From contig DATBGA010000085.1 in assembly GCA_036558225.1 (NCBI GenBank), positions 6,526 through 70,525 of the forward strand: a stretch of DNA of 64,000 nucleotides, read 5' to 3'. Position 1 is the stretch's first letter. Each line of letters begins with the position of its first letter. Below the pieces are notes generated by a model. The model was not told where the DNA came from. It was given only the letters and a program-made list of their open reading frames with translations, and ran no database searches. Below are positions 26,034 to 34,677 of the stretch, one piece after another. A program made the translations under genes and the position numbers. The DNA is from Candidatus Methylomirabilota bacterium. GTDB lineage: Bacteria; Methylomirabilota; Methylomirabilia; Rokubacteriales; DASRDR01.

Positions 26034-26852
26034 TCATGATGGGTACTTCAGGCCACCCGGTCCCGCGCTGTCAAGCCGGGTCAGGCCGCTCGCGCGGAGG
26101 CGATCGAGAAACCGGCGGACGCGCGCCGCGTTGACGCCGAGATCGCCGACGCCGATCCGCGAGAGCGACCGGACGTCGACCCGGCTGCCCGAGCCACGGG
26201 AGCGAACGCGCACGACGACGTCGTCCTTGAAGCCGAACCAGGGCGTCGTGGCCGTCGCCTCCAGCCGTCCTTCCCCAGGCACCGCCGCCACGATCTCCCA
26301 GCCGAGACCGCGCGCGGCCGCCTCGACCGCCGGAAAGACGCGATCGGGCGGTGCAGCCAGGTCGAGCGGCACCAGGTCCGGGAACGCGCGCCGTTGCTGA
26401 GCGGCCACCGCCGGTCCAGCGTACTCCACCGGATTCCGGGCGCCGGCCCGCCGGGCGATGACCGCCGCGAACGCGGGCGGATCCTCCGGGTCGGTCGTGA
26501 CGTCGTGGATCGGCGGGACCCGATGCGCCTGCGCCTGCATCCGCCAGGGAATCCCGAACGCGGTCAGCGCGACGGCCAGGGCGAGGACTCCGATCCCCAG
26601 TCGCCGGCCCGAGTGTCGAGCCACGCCCACGACGACGGCGACGAGGGCCACCACGGTCGCCACCAATCCCAGCTCCGCGCCCCAGCGCAGGAGCGCGAAG
26701 GCCGGTCCGAGACTCCACCACCCGACCCGATATCCGGGCCCGGCCAGGAGCACGCCCAGGCCGGCGAGCCCCGCGAGGGCCACCGCCAGACCGGGCAGGA
26801 ACCGACCGAGACGGCTCACTGGCACCTCCCGCGACACGCCGGGGCGCGGCAT
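26034..26852 (-). CDS. DUF1499 domain membrane protein
   Basis: Start is MPRPGVS. N-terminal TM helices, then a C-terminal region (TTPWFGFKDDVVVRV...VDVRSLSRIGVGDLGVNAARV) typical of DUF1499. Confidence 0.6.
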   Translation of the reverse strand: MPRPGVSREVPVSRLGRFLPGLAVALAGLAGLGVLLAGPGYRVGWWSLGPAFALLRWGAELGLVATVVALVAVVVGVARHSGRRLGIGVLALAVALTAFGIPWRMQAQAHRVPPIHDVTTDPEDPPAFAAVIARRAGARNPVEYAGPAVAAQQRRAFPDLVPLDLAAPPDRVFPAVEAAARGLGWEIVAAVPGEGRLEATATTPWFGFKDDVVVRVRSRGSGSRVDVRSLSRIGVGDLGVNAARVRRFLDRLRASGLTRLDSAGPGGLKYPS

Positions 26853-26965
26853 GGAGATTCGGGAATCGCCACCGCTCCATCGGGAAGCCACGGAGCCGGC
26901 GGCAGCATCTCGATACTCCGCCGTGGTTTCGCGGTCAAGCCGGGGCGCTCGCGTATACTCGCGAC

Positions 26966-28006
26966 GTGCGGCTCGCTCTCCCTGCGCTGCTGGGCCTCGT
27001 CGCGGTCCTCGGGACGGGGTGCCAGAGCCCGGGCTCCCCGAAACCCGGCAGCCCACCGCATCACGTCGAGGGGGGCTTCCGCAACCTCAACCCCTCGTAC
27101 GCGCGGCCGGATTTCTGGACGCGGTGGAAGTTCGTCATTCCCCGCCTCCTGAGCTCGACCTTCTCGGCCCACGCCGGGCTCCCGGCCGTCCCGAACGACG
27201 GGCACGCCCTCCGGGAGAACGCCGGCGCGCCCACCATCACCTGGGTGGGGCACTCCACGGTCCTGGTCCAGCAGGACGGGGTGAACTTTCTCACCGATCC
27301 CCAGTGGTCGGAGCGGGCGAGCCCCCTGTCGTTCGCCGGGCCGCGCCGGGTGATGCCGCCCGGCGTCCGCTTCGAGGATCTGCCGCCGATCGATCTCGTC
27401 CTCATCTCGCACGACCACTACGATCACCTGGACGCCTCGACCGTCGAGCGGCTGTGGGCCGCCCACCAGCCGCGCTTCCTCGTCCCGCTCGGGCTCAAGG
27501 CTTGGTTCGCGAAGCTCGGGATCGACAGCGTGGACGAGCTCGACTGGTGGGAGAGCCGGACCGTCAAGGGCCTCACGGTCGTCTGCGTCCCCACCCAGCA
27601 CTGGAGCGCGCGCACCCTGTGGGACCAGAACCGGCGGCTGTGGGCCGGCTGGGCCGTGCTCGGGCGGGACCGGCGCTTCTACTTCGCGGGAGACACCGGC
27701 TACTACGCGCCGATATTCCAGGAGATCGGCCGCCGCCTGGGCCCCTTCGATCTCGGCGCCATCCCGATCGGCGCCTACATGCCCCGGGCCATGATGCGCT
27801 TCTCGCACCTCACGCCCGAGGAGGCGCTACAGGTGTTCGACGACATCGGCGCGCGGCGCCTGGTCGCCATCCACTGGGGGACCTTCAACCTCGCGCAGGA
27901 GCCGCTCGGCGAGCCTCCGATCCGGACGGAGGCGGAGGCGCGCCGGCTGAGCCTGGATCCCGAGCGGATCTGGATCCTGAGGCACGGCGAGACCCGGTCG
28001 TGGTGA
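26966..28006 (+). CDS. MBL-fold metallo-hydrolase lipoprotein (NAPE-PLD-like)
   Basis: Lipobox LGTGC. Metal motif ISHDHYDHLD. TATACT lies only 7 nt upstream of the GTG start, so the mRNA may be leaderless. Confidence 0.8.
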   Translation: MRLALPALLGLVAVLGTGCQSPGSPKPGSPPHHVEGGFRNLNPSYARPDFWTRWKFVIPRLLSSTFSAHAGLPAVPNDGHALRENAGAPTITWVGHSTVLVQQDGVNFLTDPQWSERASPLSFAGPRRVMPPGVRFEDLPPIDLVLISHDHYDHLDASTVERLWAAHQPRFLVPLGLKAWFAKLGIDSVDELDWWESRTVKGLTVVCVPTQHWSARTLWDQNRRLWAGWAVLGRDRRFYFAGDTGYYAPIFQEIGRRLGPFDLGAIPIGAYMPRAMMRFSHLTPEEALQVFDDIGARRLVAIHWGTFNLAQEPLGEPPIRTEAEARRLSLDPERIWILRHGETRSW

Positions 28007-28030
28007 GGCCGACTCGCCGCCCCGAACGGC

Positions 28031-28420
28031 TCACCGGCGAGGCGCCGCGCGGTCGCGGTCGGTGATGACGACGACGCGGCCCTTGTCGCTCACGAAGCCG
28101 TTCACGGCCCAGCTGAGCGCGCTCACGATCAGCGCGCCCCAGAAGGCCGCCCAGAAGCCCTGCACCTCGAACCCCGGCACGACCACCGAGGTCAGCCAGA
28201 GACAGAGGGCGTTGAGCACGAACAGGAAGAGACCGAGCGTGACGAGGGTCAGCGGCAGCGTCAGCACGAGGAGGACCGGACGCACGATGGCATTGACCAG
28301 GCCGAGCACCAGCGCGGCCACGACGACCGTCGTGGCGCTGTGCGCCTGGATGCCGGTCACGATCTCCGTCGCCAGCCAGATGGCCACGGCGTTGACGACG
28401 ACCCGGATCAGGAAGCCCAT
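28031..28420 (-). CDS. DUF360 / phage-holin-4_2-like 4-TM protein
   Basis: Start is MGFLIRVVVNAVAIWLA. 129 aa with four hydrophobic helices. Confidence 0.6.
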   Translation of the reverse strand: MGFLIRVVVNAVAIWLATEIVTGIQAHSATTVVVAALVLGLVNAIVRPVLLVLTLPLTLVTLGLFLFVLNALCLWLTSVVVPGFEVQGFWAAFWGALIVSALSWAVNGFVSDKGRVVVITDRDRAAPRR

Positions 28421-28534
28421 CGCCCGCTCCTCCTCGCGAGGATCGCGCGGAGCCGCGCGGTCCGCCCTCAGTATGCACCAGGCCGCGAGGACCGCGCGGG
28501 CCGGGGCACCCGGCGTCGGGCGCCGGGGGGCGGC

Positions 28535-30766
28535 GTGCTGATCCTCTTCGGTCTGACGATCTTCGTCGGCGCGAGTCTCCTGTTCCTGGTCCAGCCAATG
28601 TTCGCGCGGATGGCGCTGCCGCTCCTCGGCGGCGCGCCGGCCGTGTGGAACACGGCGATGGTGTTCTACCAGGCGGTCTTGCTGGCCGGCTACGCGTACG
28701 CCCACTTCAGCACGCGCTGGCTCGGGCCGCGCCGGCAAGCCGGCCTCCATCTCCTGGTGCTGGTCCTGCCGCTGGTGGCCCTGCCGATCGCGCTGCCGCA
28801 CGGCTGGACGCCGCCCGGAAACGCGAGCCCCATTCCGTGGCTCCTCGCGCTGCTCACCGTCGCCGTCGGGCTGCCCTTCTTCGCGGTCTCCGCGACGAGC
28901 CCGGTCGTGCAGGCCTGGTTCGCCGCCACTGGCCTTCCGGCCGCGCGGGATCCCTACGTGCTGTACGCCGCGAGCAACCTCGGCAGCATGCTGGCGCTCC
29001 TCTCCTATCCGGTCCTCGTCGAGCGCCTTCTCCGCCTGGATTCGCAGAGCCGGCTCTGGGCGTGGAGCTACGGGGTCTTCGTCGCGCTCGCCGCCGCTTG
29101 CGCCGTCGCGCTCTGGCGCGCCGCGACGGCCCGCCGCGCGGAGGCCCCCGGGCAGGAGACGGCACCGGCTCCGGCCGCCGACGCCGGACCCGACGGCATG
29201 GGCCGGCCGATCACGCCCGCCCGGCGCGCTCGCTGGGTCGTCCTCGCGGCGGTCCCGTCAAGCCTGATGCTGAGCGTCACGACCTACCTGTCGACAGATA
29301 TCGCGGCGATCCCGCTCCTCTGGGTCGTGCCGCTGGCCATCTACCTCCTGACGTTCACCCTCGTGTTCGGCCGCCGGCGGATCGTCCCGCACCGCGTCTG
29401 GGTCGAGATCCTGCCGGTCGCGCTGCTACCGCTCGTCCTCATCCTCGTGGCCCGGGCGAACGAGCCCCTCGCCCTGGTGATTCCCACGCACCTCGTGGTC
29501 TTCTTCATCGCCGCGATGGTCTGCCACGGCGAGCTGGTCGGGGACCGGCCCGACCCGCGCCACCTGACCGAGTTCTATCTCTGGATCTCCGTCGGGGGCG
29601 TCACCGGGGGCGCGTTCACGGCGCTGCTCGCCCCGGTCGTCTTCACGAACGTCCTGGAGTATCCCCTCGTGCTCGCGATCCTCCCGCTCCTGCCGGCGCG
29701 CCCTGCCGCCGCGTGGCAGGGTCGCGTCCGTCAGGTCCTGGACATCCTGCTGCCCCTGGGCCTCGGCGCCGTGACCGTCGCGCTGATCGTGGGCCTCGAG
29801 CGCGCCGGTCTCGGCGGGGTGTGGATCGGCCCGGCGATCGGACTGGTGACCCTCCTGTGCCTCGCGTTCTGGCGCCGGCCCGTGCGCTTCGCGCTCGGTC
29901 TCGCCGCGCTCCTCCTGGCGGGCTCCGTGTACCGCGGCGAGGAGGGACAGCTCCTCTACGCCGAGCGGAGCTTCTTCGGCGTCTCGCGCGTGACGCGAGA
30001 CCCGAGCGGCCAGTACCACATGCTCATGCACGGGACGACGCTCCACGGGATGCAGGGGCTCGCCCCCGCGCGCCGGCGGGAGCCGCTGACCTACTTCCAT
30101 CCGAACGGGCCGCTCGGGCAGTTCTTCGCCGCGGTCGACGGCCCGGTGCCGCGGCGGGCAGTGGCCGTGGTCGGCCTCGGCGCGGGGTCGCTCGCCTGCT
30201 ACGGGAAGCCCGAGCAGCGCTGGACGTTCTACGAGATCGACCCCACCGTGCTCCGCATCGCCGGGAACACGGCGTTCTTCACATTCCTGCGGGACTGTCC
30301 CCCGAAGCCCTTCGTCATCCTGGGGGATGCCCGGCTCACGCTGGTGCATGCCCCCGACGCGGCCTACGACCTCATCATCCTCGACGCCTACAGCTCGGAC
30401 GCACCGCCGATGCACCTCATCACGCTCGACGCCGTGCGGCTCTACCTCACGAAGCTCGCCCCGGGGGGCGTGCTGCTCTTCAACATCTCGAACCGCCACC
30501 TCGTGCTGGAGCCGGTGCTCGGCGTGATCGCGCGGGCGGCGGGCCTCGTCGCGCGCACCCGGGACGACGTGCACGTCGACGACGCCGAGCGCCGGACGGG
30601 GAGGGTGGAGTCGCAGTGGGTGGCGATGGCGCGACGCGAGGAGGACCTGGGCGCCCTCCGGAGCAACGCGCTCTGGAAGGCGCCGACCGCGCCGCCGGGC
30701 GCCCAGCCCTGGACCGACAACTTCGCGAGCCTCCTGACGGCCTTTCGCTGGGTGCCCCGGCCCTGA
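28535..30766 (+). CDS. fused polytopic membrane domain / spermidine-synthase-like class I methyltransferase-fold protein
   Basis: About 450 aa of TM helices are followed by VVGLGAGSLA...DLIILDAYSSD (spermidine synthase-like). GTG start at 28535 is tentative. Confidence 0.7.
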   Translation: MLILFGLTIFVGASLLFLVQPMFARMALPLLGGAPAVWNTAMVFYQAVLLAGYAYAHFSTRWLGPRRQAGLHLLVLVLPLVALPIALPHGWTPPGNASPIPWLLALLTVAVGLPFFAVSATSPVVQAWFAATGLPAARDPYVLYAASNLGSMLALLSYPVLVERLLRLDSQSRLWAWSYGVFVALAAACAVALWRAATARRAEAPGQETAPAPAADAGPDGMGRPITPARRARWVVLAAVPSSLMLSVTTYLSTDIAAIPLLWVVPLAIYLLTFTLVFGRRRIVPHRVWVEILPVALLPLVLILVARANEPLALVIPTHLVVFFIAAMVCHGELVGDRPDPRHLTEFYLWISVGGVTGGAFTALLAPVVFTNVLEYPLVLAILPLLPARPAAAWQGRVRQVLDILLPLGLGAVTVALIVGLERAGLGGVWIGPAIGLVTLLCLAFWRRPVRFALGLAALLLAGSVYRGEEGQLLYAERSFFGVSRVTRDPSGQYHMLMHGTTLHGMQGLAPARRREPLTYFHPNGPLGQFFAAVDGPVPRRAVAVVGLGAGSLACYGKPEQRWTFYEIDPTVLRIAGNTAFFTFLRDCPPKPFVILGDARLTLVHAPDAAYDLIILDAYSSDAPPMHLITLDAVRLYLTKLAPGGVLLFNISNRHLVLEPVLGVIARAAGLVARTRDDVHVDDAERRTGRVESQWVAMARREEDLGALRSNALWKAPTAPPGAQPWTDNFASLLTAFRWVPRP

Positions 30767-30862
30767 CCGGGGTCAGACTTCGCCTTCGGGACATTTCCCG
30801 GCCTGCTCGCCCGGCATAGAATGGCGGGAGGTCCAGGTCCGCCCCCGACCATAGGAGCCACC

Positions 30863-32203
30863 ATGCGCACGTTCGACCGCTCCCGAGCCCTCCTCGAGCG
30901 CGCCCGCCGGTCGCTGGCCGGCGGCGTCTCGAGCCCCGTCCGCGGCACCGCCCCGGTTCCCCTGTACTTCACGCGGGGAGTGGGGCCCCGCCTCCAGGAC
31001 GCCGACGGTCACTGGTACATCGACTACGCGGCGGCCTGGGGGCCGGTGATCCTCGGCTACTCCCACCCCGCGCTCGTCGCCGCCGCGCACCGAGCCGCCG
31101 AGCACCCGTTCACCTACGGCGCCCAGCACGAGCTGGAGATCTCGGTGGCCGAGCGGATCCAGGCAGCCGTCCCCTCCGCAGAGCGGGTCGCGTTCAGCTC
31201 GAGCGGCAGCGAGGTCGTGCAGCTCGTGCACCGCCTCGCGCGCGCCTTCACGCGGCGGAACGTCATCCTGAAGTTCGAGGGCCACTACCACGGCTGGATC
31301 GACGGCGCGCTGGTGAGCTACCACCCGCGGGAAGGGCTCGGCCCCCGTGAGACGCCGAACGTCATCCCGGGCTCCTTCGGCCAGGTGCCGAACGTCGTCG
31401 AGAACGTCCTCGTCGCGCCGTGGAACGACCTCGCGGTGCTGGAGGGGCTGTTCCGCAGCCATCCCGACCGGATTGCGGCGGTGATGATGGAGCCCGTCCT
31501 CTGCAACAGCGGCTGCCTCATGCCGGCGCCCGGCTACCTCGAGGGCGTCCGCGACCTCTGCCGCCGCCACGGAACGCTCTTCATCATGGACGAGGTCATC
31601 ACGGGCTTCCGGATCGCGCTCGGCGGCGCGCAGGCGCACTTCGGCGTCACGCCCGATCTGTCGACGTTCGGGAAGGCGGTGGCGGGCGGCGCGCCGCTGT
31701 CGGTCGTGGCCGGGCGCCGCGAGATCATGGAGCAGCTTCACGGCGCGGGGGTCGCCTTCGGCGGCACCTTCAACGGCAACCCGCTGTCGCTCGCGATCGC
31801 CGACGCCACCCTCGAGGAGCTCGCGCGGGACGGCGGGGCGGCCCTGGTCCAGGCCAACCGCACAGGCCAGGCGCTGATGGAGGGAATCCGAACGTGCGCC
31901 CACCGGCACGGCCTGCCGGCCCTCGTCACGGGGTTCGGCGCCGCCTTCACGGTCCACTTCACCCGGCGGGCCGAGCTCCAGGACTACCGGGACACGCTCG
32001 ACGACGACGCAGAGCTCCTGGACCGGTTCCTCCGCGGCGCCCTGGACGAGGGGCTCCACGTCCTCCCCGACGGCCGGTTCTACGTCTCGGCTGTCCACAC
32101 GGCGGCCGAGGTCGACGAGACGCTCGGCATCGTGGACCGCGTGTTCGCCACGCTCGGGACGCCCGCGCGGCGGGCGGACCGGCTCACGGCCAGCCGGCCC
32201 TGA
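30863..32203 (+). CDS. class III PLP-dependent aminotransferase (glutamate-1-semialdehyde aminomutase-like)
   Basis: GGAG 6 nt upstream of the ATG. SSSGSEVV, FIMDEVITGFR, PLP-lysine context STFGKAVAGG. Confidence 0.85.
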   Translation: MRTFDRSRALLERARRSLAGGVSSPVRGTAPVPLYFTRGVGPRLQDADGHWYIDYAAAWGPVILGYSHPALVAAAHRAAEHPFTYGAQHELEISVAERIQAAVPSAERVAFSSSGSEVVQLVHRLARAFTRRNVILKFEGHYHGWIDGALVSYHPREGLGPRETPNVIPGSFGQVPNVVENVLVAPWNDLAVLEGLFRSHPDRIAAVMMEPVLCNSGCLMPAPGYLEGVRDLCRRHGTLFIMDEVITGFRIALGGAQAHFGVTPDLSTFGKAVAGGAPLSVVAGRREIMEQLHGAGVAFGGTFNGNPLSLAIADATLEELARDGGAALVQANRTGQALMEGIRTCAHRHGLPALVTGFGAAFTVHFTRRAELQDYRDTLDDDAELLDRFLRGALDEGLHVLPDGRFYVSAVHTAAEVDETLGIVDRVFATLGTPARRADRLTASRP

Positions 32204-32267
32204 GGCCGAGCTCTGTTACGACAGCGGAAGGGCCCGCGGCTCGGGCGAGCTCGGCGGGCGACAAACG

Positions 32268-32308
32268 CACGCCGGCCCGGCTCCCCGTCCGGGGAACCGG
32301 GCCGGGTG
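32268..32308 (-). terminator. stem-loop terminator between the convergent aminotransferase and csp genes
   Basis: CACGCCGGCCCGG...CCGGGCCGGGTG (12-bp stem with one bulge), followed on the minus strand by CGTTTGT. Confidence 0.4.
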
Positions 32309-32323
32309 CTAGAAAGCCCTGAC

Positions 32324-32524
32324 TCAGACCTTCTTGACGTTCGACGCCTGGAGGCCCTTCGGGCCCCGGGTCACCTCGAACTCGACCCGGTCACCTTCGG
32401 CCAGGCTGCGGAAGCCGCTTGCCTGGATGGCCGAGTAGTGGACGAACACGTCCTGCCCGTCCTCCTGGGTGATGAATCCATAGCCCTTTGCGTCGTTGAA
32501 CCACTTCACTAGTCCCTGCGCCAT
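32324..32524 (-). CDS. cspA: cold-shock protein (CspA family)
   Basis: 66 aa. RNP1 KGYGFI, RNP2 VFVHY. SD GGAGGAG. Confidence 0.95.
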   Translation of the reverse strand: MAQGLVKWFNDAKGYGFITQEDGQDVFVHYSAIQASGFRSLAEGDRVEFEVTRGPKGLQASNVKKV

Positions 32525-32664
32525 ACTCAGTACTCCTCCTTGCTTGGTTCCCGCCGATGCGGCGGTGCTTCCCCCACATCGGGGGACAAAGGAAAACGCC
32601 GCGTGAACCCGGGTTCACGCGGCGTTGCCTTCACACGACTGTCTAACCACTGAACCACGAAGCT
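32525..32664 (-). promoter_or_regulatory. ~140-nt structured csp 5' leader
   Basis: Three consecutive hairpins: CCGCCG-atg-CGGCGG, TCCCCC-acatc-GGGGGA, and a perfect 32-nt palindrome AACGCCGCGTGAACCCGGGTTCACGCGGCGTT. Confidence 0.45.
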
Positions 32665-32670
32665 GGCGGC

Positions 32671-32698
32671 ATTGTACAACGGCCGACCCCCGCGTCAA
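32671..32698 (-). promoter_or_regulatory. sigma-70 promoter of csp
   Basis: Minus strand reads TTGACG-N16-TACAAT. Confidence 0.6.
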
Positions 32699-32776
32699 GT
32701 GAAAACACGGTCTTGTCAGGAGTATCACCATCCCCGATATCACTGGCTTGTATCGGATGTGACTATCACTCGTAAC

Positions 32777-33916
32777 ATGATGTCACATTTAGCTAATCTG
32801 GCTGGCGTCTGGCCCACAGCCGCGGCCTACCGCCCCGACCCTCCGGGCGCGATTTGGGGTATTCTGAGGCCCATAACGAGGCTCCGGGCGTCTTTCGCGA
32901 CATTCGGACGTTGGACCTTCGGGCATTGGACTTTGGTCCAGGGCGTCACAGTGTCGCTGACCCTCATAGGATGCCTGGCCGGTCCGGGGCCGGGGCCGGC
33001 TTGGGCCGGACACGGCGGGGTCGTACAGGCGAACCGCGCCGCCGCGGGCCCCTACGCCCTGTCCGTCTGGACCCAGCCCTCGCCGCCGACGGCGGGCCCC
33101 TGGCACGTCGACGTCGCGGTGATGCGCGAGGGCGGCGTGCCCGTCACGGACGCCGCGGTCCGGGTCCGCGCCGAACCCCTCGCGGGCCCGGCCCCGCCCG
33201 TGGAGGCGGACGCGCGCCGCGACGCCGACCCGCTCGGCGTGCGCTATCGCGCGAGCCTCACGCTCCCCGCTGCCGGGCCGTGGCGGATCTCCGTGTCCGT
33301 CGCCGGACCGGCCGGCTCCGGTGCGCTCGCCTTCCCCGTCGATGTCGAGCCGGCGAGCCGTGGCTGGTGGCTTGCAGCCGTCCTCGGCGGCGCCGGGCTC
33401 GTCCTCCTGGTTGCGATCACCGCCCTCCGGCGACGCCGTCTCGCGGCCGCCGCGATCGGGGTGCTGCTCCTGGTCACGCCCGCGTGGCCGCACGCCACCC
33501 TGGTGCGGTCGAGCCTCGCCCGGCGCGCCACGCTCACTACCGCGGCGGACCGCGTCCAGCTCTGGTTCAACGAGGCCATCGAGCCCAAGTTCTCGCGCGT
33601 CTCGGTGTGGGACGCCGCCGGCCAGCAGATGGATCTCGCCGACGCGCGGATCGAGCCCGAGGACCCGAAGCGCCTGAGCGTCGGGTTGAAGCCGCTCGCC
33701 CGGAGCACCTACCGCGTCCGCTTCCGCGTCCTCTCAGTCGACGGTCACGTCGTCGAGAGCGAGTTCCCCTTCACGCTGCCCCGTAGCGGCGTCGGGCGGG
33801 GGCGGCCGAGGCGTGGGAGGCAAGCTCCCGCGACGGGACTCGCGGCGAGCGGCTCGGCTCGCGGCGTCGGCGCTCAGTCGAACGTCGTGAGCTGGGCGGC
33901 CGCCTGGCGGTCGTAG
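32777..33916 (+). CDS. FixH/YtkA-like domain, TM hairpin and CopC domain fused in one ORF (copper-handling protein)
   Basis: Possible lipobox TLIGC. Ig-like domain (GPYALSVWTQPSPPTAGPWHVDVAVM...GPWRISVSV). TM, RRRR, then a signal-peptide-like helix LAAAAIGVLLLVTPAWP. CopC follows, starting HATLVRS and containing SVDGH. Start codon is uncertain (ATG 32777/32780, TTG 32933, GTG 32951). The 3' end overlaps the convergent ABC ATPase gene by 43 nt. Confidence 0.6.
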   Translation: MMSHLANLAGVWPTAAAYRPDPPGAIWGILRPITRLRASFATFGRWTFGHWTLVQGVTVSLTLIGCLAGPGPGPAWAGHGGVVQANRAAAGPYALSVWTQPSPPTAGPWHVDVAVMREGGVPVTDAAVRVRAEPLAGPAPPVEADARRDADPLGVRYRASLTLPAAGPWRISVSVAGPAGSGALAFPVDVEPASRGWWLAAVLGGAGLVLLVAITALRRRRLAAAAIGVLLLVTPAWPHATLVRSSLARRATLTTAADRVQLWFNEAIEPKFSRVSVWDAAGQQMDLADARIEPEDPKRLSVGLKPLARSTYRVRFRVLSVDGHVVESEFPFTLPRSGVGRGRPRRGRQAPATGLAASGSARGVGAQSNVVSWAAAWRS

Positions 33917-34677
33917 CCGAGGCTCGCCTGGAGGAGCTGGCGCGTGTAGGGCTCGGCGGGCGCCGCGGCGCGCAGCTGGTCCTGGGTCAGCTCTTCCACG
34001 ACGCGCCCGCCGTTCATCACGAGCAGCCGCTCGCAGAGGTGCGCCACGACGGCGAGGTTGTGGCTCACGAGGACGTATGTCAGGCCGCGCTCGCGCCGAA
34101 GCCGGGCGAGCAGGTTCAGGATCTCGGCCTGCACCGACACGTCGAGCGCCGAGGTCGGCTCGTCGAGGAGCAGGATGCGGGGCTCCAGGATGAGGGCGCG
34201 GGCGATCGACACGCGCTGGCGCTGGCCGCCGGACAGCTGATGCGGGAACCGGAACCGGAAGCTCGGACCGAGCCCGACCTCCGCGAGAGCCCGCTCGACG
34301 CGCCGGTCGGCTTCGCGCCCGGCGAGCCCGTGAATGGCCAGGGGCTCGATGAGGACCCGGTCCACCGTATGGCGCGGGTGGAGCGAGCCGTACGGGTCCT
34401 GGAAGACCATCTGGCAAACGCGGGCGAACGCCCGCACGCGATGCGGCCCCTGCGTCTGGCCGGCCACGGTGATCCGTCCAAGCGCCGGCGCGACCAGGCC
34501 GGCGATGGCGCGCAGGACCGTGGTCTTCCCGGAGCCCGACTCGCCGACCAGGCCGAACGCAGCGCCCTCGGCCACGCGGAACGACACGTTCCGGACGGCC
34601 TGCACCGTCCCCGCGCCGTGCCCGAAGAGCACGTCGAGACCCTCGACCTCGAGGATTACCGGCGCGCGGCCGCTCAT
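33874..34677 (-). CDS. peptide/nickel ABC transporter ATP-binding protein (DppF/OppF-like)
   Basis: Walker A GESGSGKT, signature LSGGQRQR, Walker B LLLDEPTSALD. Confidence 0.9.
   Translation of the reverse strand: MSGRAPVILEVEGLDVLFGHGAGTVQAVRNVSFRVAEGAAFGLVGESGSGKTTVLRAIAGLVAPALGRITVAGQTQGPHRVRAFARVCQMVFQDPYGSLHPRHTVDRVLIEPLAIHGLAGREADRRVERALAEVGLGPSFRFRFPHQLSGGQRQRVSIARALILEPRILLLDEPTSALDVSVQAEILNLLARLRRERGLTYVLVSHNLAVVAHLCERLLVMNGGRVVEELTQDQLRAAAPAEPYTRQLLQASLGYDRQAAAQLTTFD

Noticed and set aside
32748-32778. TTGTAT-N19-TAACAT (and TTGTCA-N19-TATCAC at 32713-32743): promoters with a 19-bp spacer, as in MerR/CueR-regulated copper genes, with TATCAC repeats and a GTGA-cta-TCAC dyad.
   Set aside because: The idea is attractive given the CopC gene downstream. 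However, the boxes are weak, the dyad is only 4 bp, the -10 overlaps the candidate ATG, and no MerR-family gene is in the window. I cannot support it from sequence alone.
33874-33916. The 43-nt convergent overlap between the CopC-fusion ORF tail and the dppF-like gene, as a possible antisense regulatory arrangement.
   Set aside because: The last ~45 codons of the CopC ORF (RSGVGRGRPRRGRQAP...) look like non-conserved read-through after the domain ends. The overlap is probably incidental.
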